Assembly: GCA_964016885.1 (NCBI GenBank)
Contig: OZ024743.1
Span: 58,404,001-58,468,000 of the forward strand
Origin: Eledone cirrhosa
Taxonomy: Eukaryota
DNA: 64,000 nucleotides
Direction of reading: 5' to 3'
Below are positions 1-12,398 of this stretch, piece by piece. The stretch's first letter is position 1. Every line of letters begins with the position of its first letter. The position numbers were made by a program, and so were the translations under genes. A model generated the notes under the pieces. The model searched no databases. It was given only the letters and a program-made list of their open reading frames with translations, and was not told where the DNA came from.

Positions 1-223
1 TATATATATTTATATTTATGTATGTATGTATCAATGAGTGTATGTGTGTATACATGTATGCGTGTATGTATGAATGTATGTATGTGTGTATGAATGTATC
101 TATGTTTGTACGAATATTTGAATGTATGTATGTATGTATGTTTTCATATATGTATGTATGAATGTATGTATATATTTATGTATGTATGTAAGAATGTATG
201 TACGTATGTATGTGGGTATGTAT

Positions 224-1336
224 CTAGGGCGGGTAAAATTCCTGAGATCCATGGACGAGTTCTCTCCAGCGGTCTCTGTCCGTCATTATCGCTGCCATGT
301 CCTGCGTCTCCAACAGACCAGTGTCTGTCCTTAGGGCATCAACATACGTTAACCTTGGTCTTCTTCTTCCAGTGTGTCCATGTAGGGGCTCCCACAGGAG
401 CACTGATTGCAATGTCAACTCTGGATGTCGGTGAGCATGTCCAGCTAACCTCAGTCTCCTCTGTATCACTTTTGAGCTGACTTTTGGGAGGCTCCCATAC
501 AGCTCTGAGTTTTTCATACTCAGTGTATACTGATTAATGTTCAGAGCCATCCTCAGCATTCTCGTGTAGCACCCCATCCACCATCTGAGTGAGTTTCTTG
601 GTCAGTGTCCAAGTCTCAGACCCGTAGAGCACAGACTCCACTACAGCGATGAAGAGGCGGATTTTCAAGTCTTTACGACGGTCCGACTTCACACCGATCT
701 CAAGCCTTCCTGCGGTCATGGTTTTCATTGACTTTAGGAAGGGCTTTGATTCTGTGGACCGTCTCTGCCTGATGAAGTTCTTACAGGCTTATGGAAACCC
801 CAAGAAGATAGTGGACCTGATATCACTGATAACACCAAAGCCCAAGTCATTACACCTGATGGGATGACAGAGTTCTTTGAGATACTGGCTGGAGTGCTCC
901 AGGGAGATACATTGGCTCCCTACCTTTCTATCATCATAGTGGACTATTGTATGCGCCTTGCACTGTAGAAACACCAGGGTCTGGCTTTACTGTAGCACCG
1001 GCTCAGAGCAGGAGAGTTAAAGCGAAAAAGATATCAGATGCTAAATTTGCCGACGACATAGTTTTGGTGACAAATACAGTGAAGGAGGCAGAGGATTTGA
1101 TGGAGGAGGTTGAGACTGTGTCGATGAGTGTAGGGCTGAGAATGAATGAGACTAAAACAAAATATCTGGTAGAGAATGTTGAGAAGCCAGAGGGGATCAC
1201 TAATGTAGGCGGGAAGCCGCTAGAATTGGTTGAGGACTTCCTGCATTTGGGACCAAAGATTGGGAATACGGAAGATGATGTGGTTGAGAGGAAGAGCAAA
1301 GCCAGGGCGGCGTCCCACAGCTTGAGATCGGTGTGA
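224..1336 (-). mobile_element. RTE-clade LINE remnant with an inverted 5' segment
   Basis: 224-705 on minus is the C-terminus (KIRLFIAVVESVLYGSETW...RRLRLAGH...RPRLTYVD). 706-1336 on plus is the RT core (FIDFRKGFDSVDR, GVLQGDTLAP, FADD). Both flanks are (TATG)n. Confidence 0.88.
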
Positions 1337-1830
1337 GTATGTATGTATGTATTCTGGTTTTATAATTTCACAAAGTTTTACCAATAGAGAGAGAGTCGGT
1401 TTCTAACATAGACACAAGACTCTCACATTGGAATTTACACAACATGCACTAGGTAGATATGTAAGTATGCATGCATGTGTAGATATGGATGTTATTGTAT
1501 GTGTGGATGTGTATGTTTTGAGTTGTATGTGTGCATGTGCATATGCTTTGCATCTGTACATGTGTATATGCAGTTATTAGATGCAAAATGTTTGGAATGT
1601 TTTACATATTTTTACTGTTCCATTAATGGATTGTACTTGTAATTTCCTAACTAGTTGTGTTCTTTCTGTTCCTGTGAAGCCTAGCTTCTCAAGATTTGAG
1701 GCAGTTACTAACATACCCCAGTGCCCCAATAATCACAGGCATAAATCTGAAGGTGTAATCAGAGTGGAGTATCTGCAGATTTCTCAGCAGTTCTGAGTAA
1801 ATATTCTCCTTTTCACTAATCTTTGATATT

Positions 1831-2051
1831 ATATGTTAAAACAATGAAATAAAAAATCAAGTCATCAGAAATATACTTCACTGCTTTACGATCGTTTCTA
1901 GGTGATGATAATACATCGTAACTATGCCTCGTTATCGATCTATGTGAGGTTAGTTACAAAATATCAAATAAGGAGAAATAAGAAACGATCGTGAAGCAGT
2001 GAAGTATATTTCTAATGACTTGATTTTTTATTTCATTGTTTTAACATATAT
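1831..2051. repeat. ~70-bp inverted repeat; PLE-tail fold-back
   Basis: 1831-1899 is the near-exact reverse complement of 1981-2051. The inner ends read GAAACGATCGTA, the 3' half of an HHR. Confidence 0.75.
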
Positions 2052-2184
2052 GATGACTCTGTTTTCCTTTTAATGCTTTATTGTTTTCCGGGATTTATTT
2101 TAAACTACAACATTTTCAACATACGGATTACATTGAGTTCTTCATGCAGACTAGACCCCACAACTTACCGTGGATATCTCTGTG

Positions 2185-2216
<32 letters not shown>

Positions 2217-2437
2217 TATATGTGTGTATATCTATATATGTGTGTATTTGTGAATTTAGGTGTATGTGTATGTATATTTATGTGTATATATACATATAAA
2301 CATATATGTATATATATGTGTGTGTGTGTTTATATACTTTTATATTTATTATCTTTTTCTCTTTTTCCTTCAGCCTCTCTTTCATATTCCTTATATTTTT
2401 GTTTTCAAAATCCACATTCAATAAAAACACCAGGATT

Positions 2438-2499
2438 TTTTCATTCTGATGTCTGAAAGCAGAATTGTTTGCTTTCAAAAAACCACTGGTAAATGAAAT
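2438..2499 (+). ncRNA. Degenerate hammerhead ribozyme
   Basis: Stem I TTCATT/AATGAA; core CTGATGT (A9 lost); stem II TGAAAGCA/TGCTTTCA; AAAAC-CACTG-GTA (G12 lost). Confidence 0.4.
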
Positions 2500-2553
2500 G
2501 AAATAATTATCTTATGTTGTTTATTACATATATATATATATATATATATATAT

Positions 2554-3772
<1,219 letters not shown>

Positions 3773-3846
3773 CCTACAAACGTTTCATATGAGATATATC
3801 AAATATAACCCTACAAACGTCCCTGACCCGAGTAAACTTCCTGGAC

Positions 3847-4833
3847 GTGATCCTCGAAAACGCCCTGTACTACCCATACAGGAAACCTAATGACAATCTG
3901 CACTACATCCACCGCCGATCAAACCATCCTAGGAACATCACAAACAACCTGGTCAAAAACATCTCCCTCCGCATATCCCGTTTGTCAGCTAATGAGCGGA
4001 TATTCGATGAACATGCGCCTTATTACAACCAGGCCCTCAAGCGGAGTGGTTTCCGGGAGGAAATATCCTACTGTACAGCTCCCATTAGCGGAACCAGCAG
4101 GAGACACCGCCGCTCACGCAATGTAACATGGTTCAATCCTCCCCACAACGCAGAGGTGACTACTCCCATCGGGAAACTATTCTTTAGGCTCATTGAAAAA
4201 CACTTCCCATTACAACACCGCTACCACAACATAATTAACAAAAATACCATCAAACTCTCTTACAGCACTACACCAAACTTCGCACAAAACATCGTCTCCT
4301 CTAACAACAAAAAACTCAACCCCGATGGCAGAAATAACCTAAATAGCAGTGGAGAACCGACCAGGAGGTGTAACTGCCCGGATAGATCTATTTGCCCACT
4401 CGACAATAGATGCAGAGACCGTAATGTGATCTACCAGTGCAACGTGAGGACGGATACCTCCAACAAAGCCTATATAGGACTTACCGCATGTGACTTCAAG
4501 ACCCGGCTATACCAGCATAGACATACCTTCCGAAACCCGGCCCGGCGTCACGCCACTACACTTTCGGGCCACATATGGGACCTCAAGGACAACAACATCA
4601 CCTATGATCTCACTTGGAGATTACTGTCCAGAGCCAATTCTTACACGGGAGGACGCCGTCCGTGTAATTTATGCTCGGAGGAAACTTTACAAATGCTGTT
4701 TTCGACGGACCAACTCCTAAACAAGAAAGATGAACTGGTTACTGCATGTAAACATAGATTGCGTAGGACTTACCTCGCCCTCAAACCCCATAATGACCCG
4801 GGGGGGGGGGGGGGGGGTAGACTAGGGCTATAA
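3847..4833 (+). CDS. PLE RT thumb/linker plus GIY-YIG endonuclease (uninterrupted partial ORF)
   Basis: 328-aa ORF with NVIYQC...AYIGLT..FKTRLYQHRHTF...TTLSGHIWDLK...CNLCSEE...LLNKKDEL. Confidence 0.85.
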   Translation: MILENALYYPYRKPNDNLHYIHRRSNHPRNITNNLVKNISLRISRLSANERIFDEHAPYYNQALKRSGFREEISYCTAPISGTSRRHRRSRNVTWFNPPHNAEVTTPIGKLFFRLIEKHFPLQHRYHNIINKNTIKLSYSTTPNFAQNIVSSNNKKLNPDGRNNLNSSGEPTRRCNCPDRSICPLDNRCRDRNVIYQCNVRTDTSNKAYIGLTACDFKTRLYQHRHTFRNPARRHATTLSGHIWDLKDNNITYDLTWRLLSRANSYTGGRRPCNLCSEETLQMLFSTDQLLNKKDELVTACKHRLRRTYLALKPHNDPGGGGGGRLGL

Positions 4834-5947
4834 CACCCCACTTGCCGATTTTGCAATGGGTAACCCCTGCTTGCCAAGGAAGACGTAAGATCTTCTTTGT
4901 ATTCTTTTATCGCTTCCTTTATTTCCTTCCCCCCTCTCTGCTTTGTCCTTCTACCCCAGCTCTTCTCCTTTGTCGGCGTCTTTTCTCGCCCACCCGAGGC
5001 TGCTCTTTGGCCCCATGTAGCCTTAGTACCCCCACCACCCCCTCCCCTAGTCTATGATAGATTTGGCGGACTCCGCCCTTTATAGCAGTTGGCTTAGACC
5101 CCGGATACTTGCCCCCTTTTTCCGACCGCTCCCACTATTCTCTGTGCCCTCTATATTTCTTAGTGGCACTTATGCCTTATTTTTTCGTTTCAGTATTTCT
5201 TGCTTCGCTTTTCTTCTGGGCGGGGTGGATTCTGAATTTATTTCTCCGTATTCTACCTTTATTTCGGACGAACTTTCATGTAGCTTGTTTTAGATCTTTT
5301 AGAGTTAGCATTAGTATATATTTTTCTCGGGACTCAGAATTATTATCTCGTACAAGTTCACTTTGCTGCACTGGGTCGTTGCTGGCCCGGGATGGAAATC
5401 TTTATTGTTTATTTCGTGGTAGTCTCTTTAGTATTTTGGCCCCTTTTGTTGACCCGTCCCCGTATCATTTACGTACTTATACCTCTTAAAAGGGTCCTTG
5501 CCTAATTCGTCCCACCTAGTTCTTTTACTTATTTCGTTATTTCTTTATTTCTTTCTTTCTTTATTTCTTTCTTTCTTTACTTCTTTCTTTCTTTCTTTAT
5601 TTTATTCTAGCCTAACAATAGCCTGAGACCTAGGTCGTAGAATTTAATTTACTTTACTTTTTTCTTTACACTTATTTGCTTTTCTTCACTTCAGTATTTT
5701 TTCTTTCCTATATATTTCTAACCCCCATTGTTCTACCTACCGTTCCGACTTCCTCCCCCTCCCCCTCCCCTGTATCTTCTTTGACCTAATGCCCAGCTGT
5801 AGCTGGCACTACCAACGCTTGATTGGGTCTACTCCACCCCCTCCCCTCTTTCTCCTACTGGCAGGTTTAGCCACCATCTCCCCTACTAATTTGCAACCAC
5901 AGAATTACTACTGATTTTTGACAATCACTTTGACCATATATGGAATT

Positions 5948-6041
5948 ACCCCTTGAGAAGTTCGGCTATTTAAATACCAGGATAAATTTTCATTTAGTCC
6001 AGAATTAGCCGTCGAAACGGCTTGAGCTCAGCTGTCGGGGT
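5948..6041 (+). ncRNA. Type I hammerhead ribozyme, U3-A8 core variant
   Basis: Stem I ACCCC/GGGGT; core TTGAGAA; stem II GGCTA../..TAGCC; GAAA; stem III ACGGC/GCTGT with palindromic TGAGCTCA loop; cleavage GTC| after 6036. Confidence 0.75.
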
Positions 6042-6132
6042 CTTACTGGTTCCTATTACCCACTCTACTACCTCAAGTATTGAGTACTTTGGTGCGTTAT
6101 GGTCCACCCGGTTCCTTACCACATTTCCTTCG

Positions 6133-6203
<71 letters not shown>

Positions 6204-6231
6204 TATATATATATAAATATATATATATATA

Positions 6232-6271
<40 letters not shown>

Positions 6272-6354
6272 CATAATCGGAGAAAGCTAATAGCGATACT
6301 CCGGCCAAATTCCAATTCACTCAACAAACATTAGGAAATACCTGAGTATATTCC

Positions 6355-6413
<59 letters not shown>

Positions 6414-6453
6414 ATATTAAATAAATGGAAACTATATTTATAAAACCATATTT

Positions 6454-6513
6454 ATTCTATTATATATATTTCAAGGGTACCAAAAACTTTGGTACGCTTT
6501 CATCAGATAAAAT
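6454..6513 (-). ncRNA. Type I hammerhead ribozyme
   Basis: ATTTTAT-CTGATGA-AAG.GTACCAAA/TTTGGTAC.CTT-GAAATATATAT-A|ATAGAAT; 7-bp stem I; palindromic (AT)4 stem III. Confidence 0.82.
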
Positions 6514-7304
6514 ACAAAGTGTGTTTTACAAATTTTGACATAGCCAAGGAAAATACTTTAACGGTTGAAGTTTTCCTTGGATAGTGGACTTAGAGAAAAG
6601 ATTTTCCAAAATTGTTAAGATGAGTATGCAAATGAATATGTAAATGAGGTTGAGGTATATATTTGAAAAAACGTTATTTTAGACGCAATGGAGGATTTAG
6701 ATATGTGTTTGTATTAGTAGGAAAGAAAGAAAAGGAAGAAAAAGGAAAAAAGAAAAGAAGAACTTATATTTACGTTAATTTTAGGAAAGAATTTGAATAT
6801 TTACCCATATTATGTATATAAGGAGAATTATGTTTGTAAGTATTTATCTTATTAACATTTTTGTAGTAGGTTATATGTATAAATATCTGTATATATTAAT
6901 AATTGCATATGTATTAGTATTAAAGAGATATAGAAAATTTACAATTATTTGTTGTTTATAATATGAGTTACCAGGGATGTTGATTTTGTGTTTTATGTAA
7001 ATAAATAGGTATTTCAAGTTATGAGATGCGATTACACGATTGAGAAAGGAAAGATAACTCCAATTTTGTTTGTTAATCGATGAATTTGAAGAGTTAGTGT
7101 GAGATTAATTATTTTAGTCGAAAGATATGTGAATGCTTGAAAATCAAAAAAGAGGAGACACGTAATGTGCTTATTCAAGAAACTGTCGTGAAGAGGATAA
7201 ATCTTTCTAATGTTTAGTTAATGATTATCAATCTACATCTAAAAAATATATCTTTAGAGGGTGTCATTAGAAAAATAATAATGTAAGAGTTAAAAATTAA
7301 AATG

Positions 7305-7370
<66 letters not shown>

Positions 7371-8044
7371 AAGTTTTTGCTGAAATATTACAAATATTAA
7401 AGATATTCACATTTAGAAATATTAAAATATTTAAAATATTAATAATTTCAAATTGTTAAAGAGGATAGGATCATTTTAAAGGATTATAGGAATATTATAA
7501 ATTAAACATATATTTCTGAACGTGGAATTTTGGTGATGTCTGCAAGAAGAAAATAACTCTGTCCGGAGATTAATAGAGTTTTGACAGTTAATTATGTAAA
7601 GAATTTCTTCGATACACAATTTACAGAATCTTGATAAAGCCATATTTCGGTACGTAGGTGCTTTCGAAATCGTTTTCCAAGATATTGGATAGTCTATATT
7701 CTTACTTTTTAAGTTCCATATAAGATGTGAAAGTGAAGTAGAAGATTTTTTATCAGATCTTTTAAAAGTATGATTATGGTGATTCCAGCGTTCTTTAAAT
7801 TTTGTAGAAGTGGCACCAACATAGTTGAATATTTTATCTCTAGTTTTAAAAATTCATTTATAACCACGTTTTTATCTAAACAATTATTTTGTAAAGAGCA
7901 GTTTGATTTGATTCTACAGTTACATTTTATGGAGTTGTTGCTCGGAACGGTACTATTATACTGGATATTGCTAGAAATATAATTATTGCTATTTTGGTTA
8001 TTTTGGTTAGGGTTTAAATTTAAGTTTCTATTATTAATTCTATA

Positions 8045-8231
8045 AGGCAGTGGATTGGCAGTATCGGTAGAATGTCTGACGCCATGCTTTCCAGCAAAGA
8101 GTTACGGCCCTTTATGGTCTGAGTTCAAATCTCGCCGAGGTTAACTTTGCCTTTCATCCTTACGGGGTCGATAAAATAAAGCACCAGTAATGCACTAGGT
8201 AATTTCTGGCCTTGTGCCTAAAGTAGAAAAA
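8045..8231 (+). mobile_element. tRNA-derived SINE (family 1)
   Basis: A-box-like TGGCAGTATCGG; B-box GAGTTCAAATC; core GCCTTTCATCCTTACGGGGTCGATAAAATAAAG; 15-bp TSD ATTATTAATTCTATA. Confidence 0.88.
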
Positions 8232-9056
8232 ATTATTAATTCTATATATATTTTGTGCTATGTTCATAGTAGTAGAGTGGGATAGTTTTATAGTATGCCT
8301 GTTAAAAATAGAGTGGTATCTGTGGGCTTTAGGAAAACATTTATCTAGTGCTTTAATGAATAGCTTTGCTAAAGGTGTTTTAACGCTTAATGAGAATGGA
8401 GGGTAGGGGTACCAAATAATATTTCTAGTTCTAGTTTTTTTGTTGTTTAGTGTTTAAGTTAAATTGTTTATTATTATAATAATTAATACTAGGATGATTT
8501 GCAATGTTATTGTTATCAATGTATATAATTTTATTCGAATATCCTGCTCTATTTAAGGCTTCATTATAATATTCAGCCTTATCATAAAACATATTTTTAT
8601 TAGCAGAGATGCGTGAAATCCGTTGTTGGACACTATTGACAATAGTGTTTATAATATTTCTAGGATGATTAGAGTTAAAACTTACGTAATTTAGATTTTC
8701 GTTAATTTCATGGAAAGGCTAGTAAAGACCTGTGCTAAGGTTTAAGGTTACGTCTAAGAAGTTAACGATTTTGTAGTTATTCTCTATTTCTAACTTAAGG
8801 TTGTAGTTATTGAAGAATTGTATTATGGATTTTCTTTTCCTATTAATTTCAGAATTGCTTTGGTTTTCAATTAAAAGCAGCATATCGTCACGATATTAAC
8901 CACCGGTCATCTCTGGCATTTTCCTAATATCATTCAATATTATACTCCAGAAAACTGTCGAGTGCCCTGAATCAGTTATAAACATTTATGTTTGTTGGAA
9001 TTACCAACAAATTGAATATCCCTTCTGCTTATATATATATATATATATATATATAT

Positions 9057-9248
9057 CGAAGGAATTGTGGTAAGGAACCAGATGGACCATAACGCACAAG
9101 AGTACTCAATACTTAGGGTAGTAGAGTGGGTAATAGGAAAAGGTATGACCCGGACGGCAGAGTTCAAGCCGTTTCGACGGCTATTTCTGAAGTAGAAATA
9201 GCTGTCGAAACGGCTTGAGCTCTGCCGTCGGGGTCATACCTTTTCCTA
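9057..9248. repeat. Fold-back remnant of the family-A PLE tail
   Basis: Reverse complement of 6001-6131 joined to a forward copy. The turn lies inside HHR stem II (~9190). Confidence 0.8.
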
Positions 9249-9348
9249 TATATATATATATATATACACTCACACACATATATATATAAATATATATATA
9301 TATAAATAAATTATACAATTATCAAAGTTGTGTTCAAATCATTTAATA

Positions 9349-9393
9349 GCTGACAATCGTTTCTTCCAAACTCTCGTTTGGTATCATCGGAGC
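9349..9393 (-). ncRNA. Type I hammerhead ribozyme, C4 core variant
   Basis: GCT-CCGATGA-TA CCAAAC GAGA GTTTGG AA-GAAAC GATT GTC|AGC. Homologous to 50128-50172. Confidence 0.65.
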
Positions 9394-10046
9394 ATTATCA
9401 ATGTTTGCACATATAATGAACCTCCTATTCAACTTAACAATAATATAGATACATATAAATTGATGTTGTGAGCAACAGTTTCGTATTTACAGCGTGGAAT
9501 GGATGTGACATATATTTTACGAGAATTGTACAATAATTGTACAAACATTCAAGTTCAAATTCAAATTCAAATTAAATTAAAATCAAAAGCACGGAGTGGA
9601 ATACATGCAACAGATAAAACAAGAGAATAGTCCAATTATTTAAGAGGCATTGAGAAAGTATTTTTTAGAAAGGAAGAGTGCATTAACAATTCATATGCAG
9701 GCGTCTGGATAGTGCAACCGCGTTAGTCATATACATGAAAAGGAGACAAGCAAAACTATTATGCATATATAGATGAATAAATACTGCACTTTAAGCAAAT
9801 ATGTTAATGTATTATAATCTATGGTGGATGCTGAATGTTGATAGTGTTCGAATTTATGTGTGTTGAGAAACATACAGTTGAGAAACATACATATATATAT
9901 ATATAAAACTTTTACTCCCATACACTCGCAAAAAACCACACTCATATCTGTATACACACACAGACACATACACAGACACACATACACACACACCCACACA
10001 CCCACTCACCCATACACACACACGCACACGCACACACACACACACA

Positions 10047-10152
<106 letters not shown>

Positions 10153-10170
10153 TATATATATATATATATT

Positions 10171-11924
10171 TGTCCAGGTCATGAAGGTCACAGAAAAAGT
10201 TATAGCGCAACTAATCAGAGAGCAAATTGATCTAGACGAAATAAAGTTTGGGTTTGTGTCAGGTAAAAGTACCACAGACGCCCTTTTCCTTGCACGACAA
10301 CTACAGTAGAAGTACCTAGCTCAAAGTAAACCCCTATACTTAGCTTTTGTTGACTTGGAGAAAGCATTTGACAGAGTCCCCCGCGCCATTATATGGTGGG
10401 CCCTTAGAAACTAGGGGTTGATGAATGGCTTGTGAGAGCTATACAAGCCATGTATAAAGAAACAGTCAGCAAGGTTAGAATTATCAACGAATATAGTGAA
10501 GAATTTAGCGTTGGTGTTCATCAGGGCTCTGTCCTTAGCCCCCTCCTATTTATTATTGCCCTTCAGGCTATAACAGAGGAGTTCAAGACCGGCTGTCCAT
10601 GGGAACTTCTATATGCAGATGATCTAACACTCATAGCTGAATCGATGGCTGAACTAAAGAAGAAATTCCAAACAAAAGGCCTTAAAGTTAACTTGTCTAA
10701 GACTAAAGTTCTAGTATGTAGGAAGGAAAATGGGGCACAGGTACCCTTTCGGAAATGGCCATGCTCAGTATGTAGGAAGGGAGTACGCAGAAATTTCATT
10801 TTATGTCCCAAATGCAAAGTATGGGTTCATAAAAGATGTAGTGGGATCACAGGTAAGCTATCTAAGAACGTAGATTTTATATGAGGCCGGTGCTCAGGTG
10901 CAATAAGTAGCAAGTGCCCACAGGATACTAGCTCCTGCTATTGCCCAGATGGCTCTACAGAAATAGTGGACACCTTCCGTTACCTGGGTGACAAAATCAG
11001 CAGTGGTGTAGGGTGCTCAGAAAGTACAGTAGCCAGAGTCAGAACGGGATGGAAAAAGTTCAGAGAGCTTATACAACTATTAGCCATTAAAGATTTCTCT
11101 CTGAAAATGAAAGGCAGACTGTATGATGCCTGCATATGAACAGCTATGTTAGATGGCAGAGAGACATGGGCATTGTGTGCAGAGGATCTGCGCAGACTGG
11201 AGAGGAACGAAGCATCCATGCTCCGCTGGATGTGTATAGTAATATACGTGAACAGCAAAGCATAAATGAACTACGGGAGAAATTATGTATAAGAGGGATC
11301 AGATGCTGTTTACTCGAGAGAAGACTACGTTGGCATGGTCACGTGATGCGCATGAAAGACGACAGCTGTATAAAAAAAAGTGCAGGGCGATCAAAATTGA
11401 CAGACATAGAAAAACCTGGGACGATTTGATAAATTCCGACCTTACACACTTACATCTCTCTAAGATAATGTCACTGGACCTAGATCTTTGGCGTTACGCA
11501 GTAATACAGAAAACCCGCCATGCCTAAGTACAAAGCGAAACCTACAGTCAGTAGGCACCTCTTAATCAAATATACACCCCCACCCACTACCCTAAATGCC
11601 CCACCACAACTGCTACCCCCATCAACACCACCCCTTTCTCTGTAAAGTTATGTTGGTACCACAACATCCAGTCCTAAATAAATGAGGTCGTGTAGGTGTC
11701 ACGACAATAAAAAAAACACACAGTCCACGCTGTAATGTGGCCGTGTAGGTAACACGGTAAAAACCTCTCAGTCCACACTGTAAACGTGGTTGGTGTTAGG
11801 AACAGCATAAAGCCGTAGAAAACCTGCTATACGAGTAAGATGACCAATCTTGCCTCAAGTGGGACAATTCCCGTCAAAACACATGCTAGCGTGGAAGATA
11901 GACGTTAAACGATGATGATGATGA
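10171..11924 (+). mobile_element. RTE-clade LINE, 5'-truncated pseudogene with PHD-like Cys/His finger
   Basis: FGF..GKSTTDALF, FVDLEKAFDRVPR, GVHQGSVLSPLLF, LLYADDL, then CSVC..CPKC...HKRC, FRYLGD, RLRWHGHVMR; 3' tail GACGTTAAAC(GAT)n. Confidence 0.9.
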
Positions 11925-12318
11925 TATATGCAAATTAGGCTGCTGAGCCGTTAATATGCATAAGAAAAGTATATACTTTCAAACGTTCAATCATCTGACA
12001 GAAAGGTATACGATGCTGACGATAGCTAATAAGCTTGAAACTAGTACATCGTTCCTGTGTCAGAGTTGAACAAAAGGGCGACGATGGGTGCCGAGTACTG
12101 TACAGCAAATTCGGGCTGTTTGTTTACAAACAAACCGAACATTATAATAAAAGTTCGGTAAACCCATACGTACATATATATATGTGTGCATGTATGTATA
12201 TATATACATACTACTGTACGTCTGTACACATATATGTATGTACGTATACATACTTATATTTAGGTATCAGCCGTACTAGGAGTGAGAAACAAAATTTCGT
12301 TTCATTCTTTTCCATTTA
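11925..12318 (+). mobile_element. Monomer of the ~431-bp HHR repeat (non-LTR retrozyme-like)
   Basis: Near-identical to the units at 62402-63570; non-coding; carries the HHR at 12010. Confidence 0.8.
12010..12052 (+). ncRNA. Minimal type I hammerhead ribozyme
   Basis: ACGATG-CTGACGA-T AGCT AATA AGCT T-GAAAC TA GTA|CATCGT; palindromic ACTAGT stem III; cleavage after A12046. Confidence 0.88.
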
Positions 12319-12353
12319 TATATAGACACACACCCACACACACACACACACAT

Positions 12354-12393
<40 letters not shown>

Positions 12394-12398
<5 letters not shown>

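Larger units (their letters stand above)
3773..6134 (+). mobile_element. 5'-truncated Penelope-like element, probable Hydra clade (family A)
   Basis: RT end (VNFLDV...SNHPRNI), RNVTWFNPP linker, CNC-x5-CPL-x3-C, GIY-YIG (NVIY...AYIG), CNLC..E, LLN; ~1.3-kb 3' UTR ending in an HHR, then (TA)n. Confidence 0.9.
6409..8950 (-). mobile_element. Degenerate Penelope-like element, probable Hydra clade (family B)
   Basis: Minus strand encodes GG.YRDDMLLL, VNFLDVTLNL, SNHPRNIIN, RNIIWYP, KCNCRIKSNC, FCKLCIEE, RTELFSSCRHH, with stops and frameshifts. Interrupted by a SINE and (TA)n. HHR at the 3' end. Confidence 0.85.
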
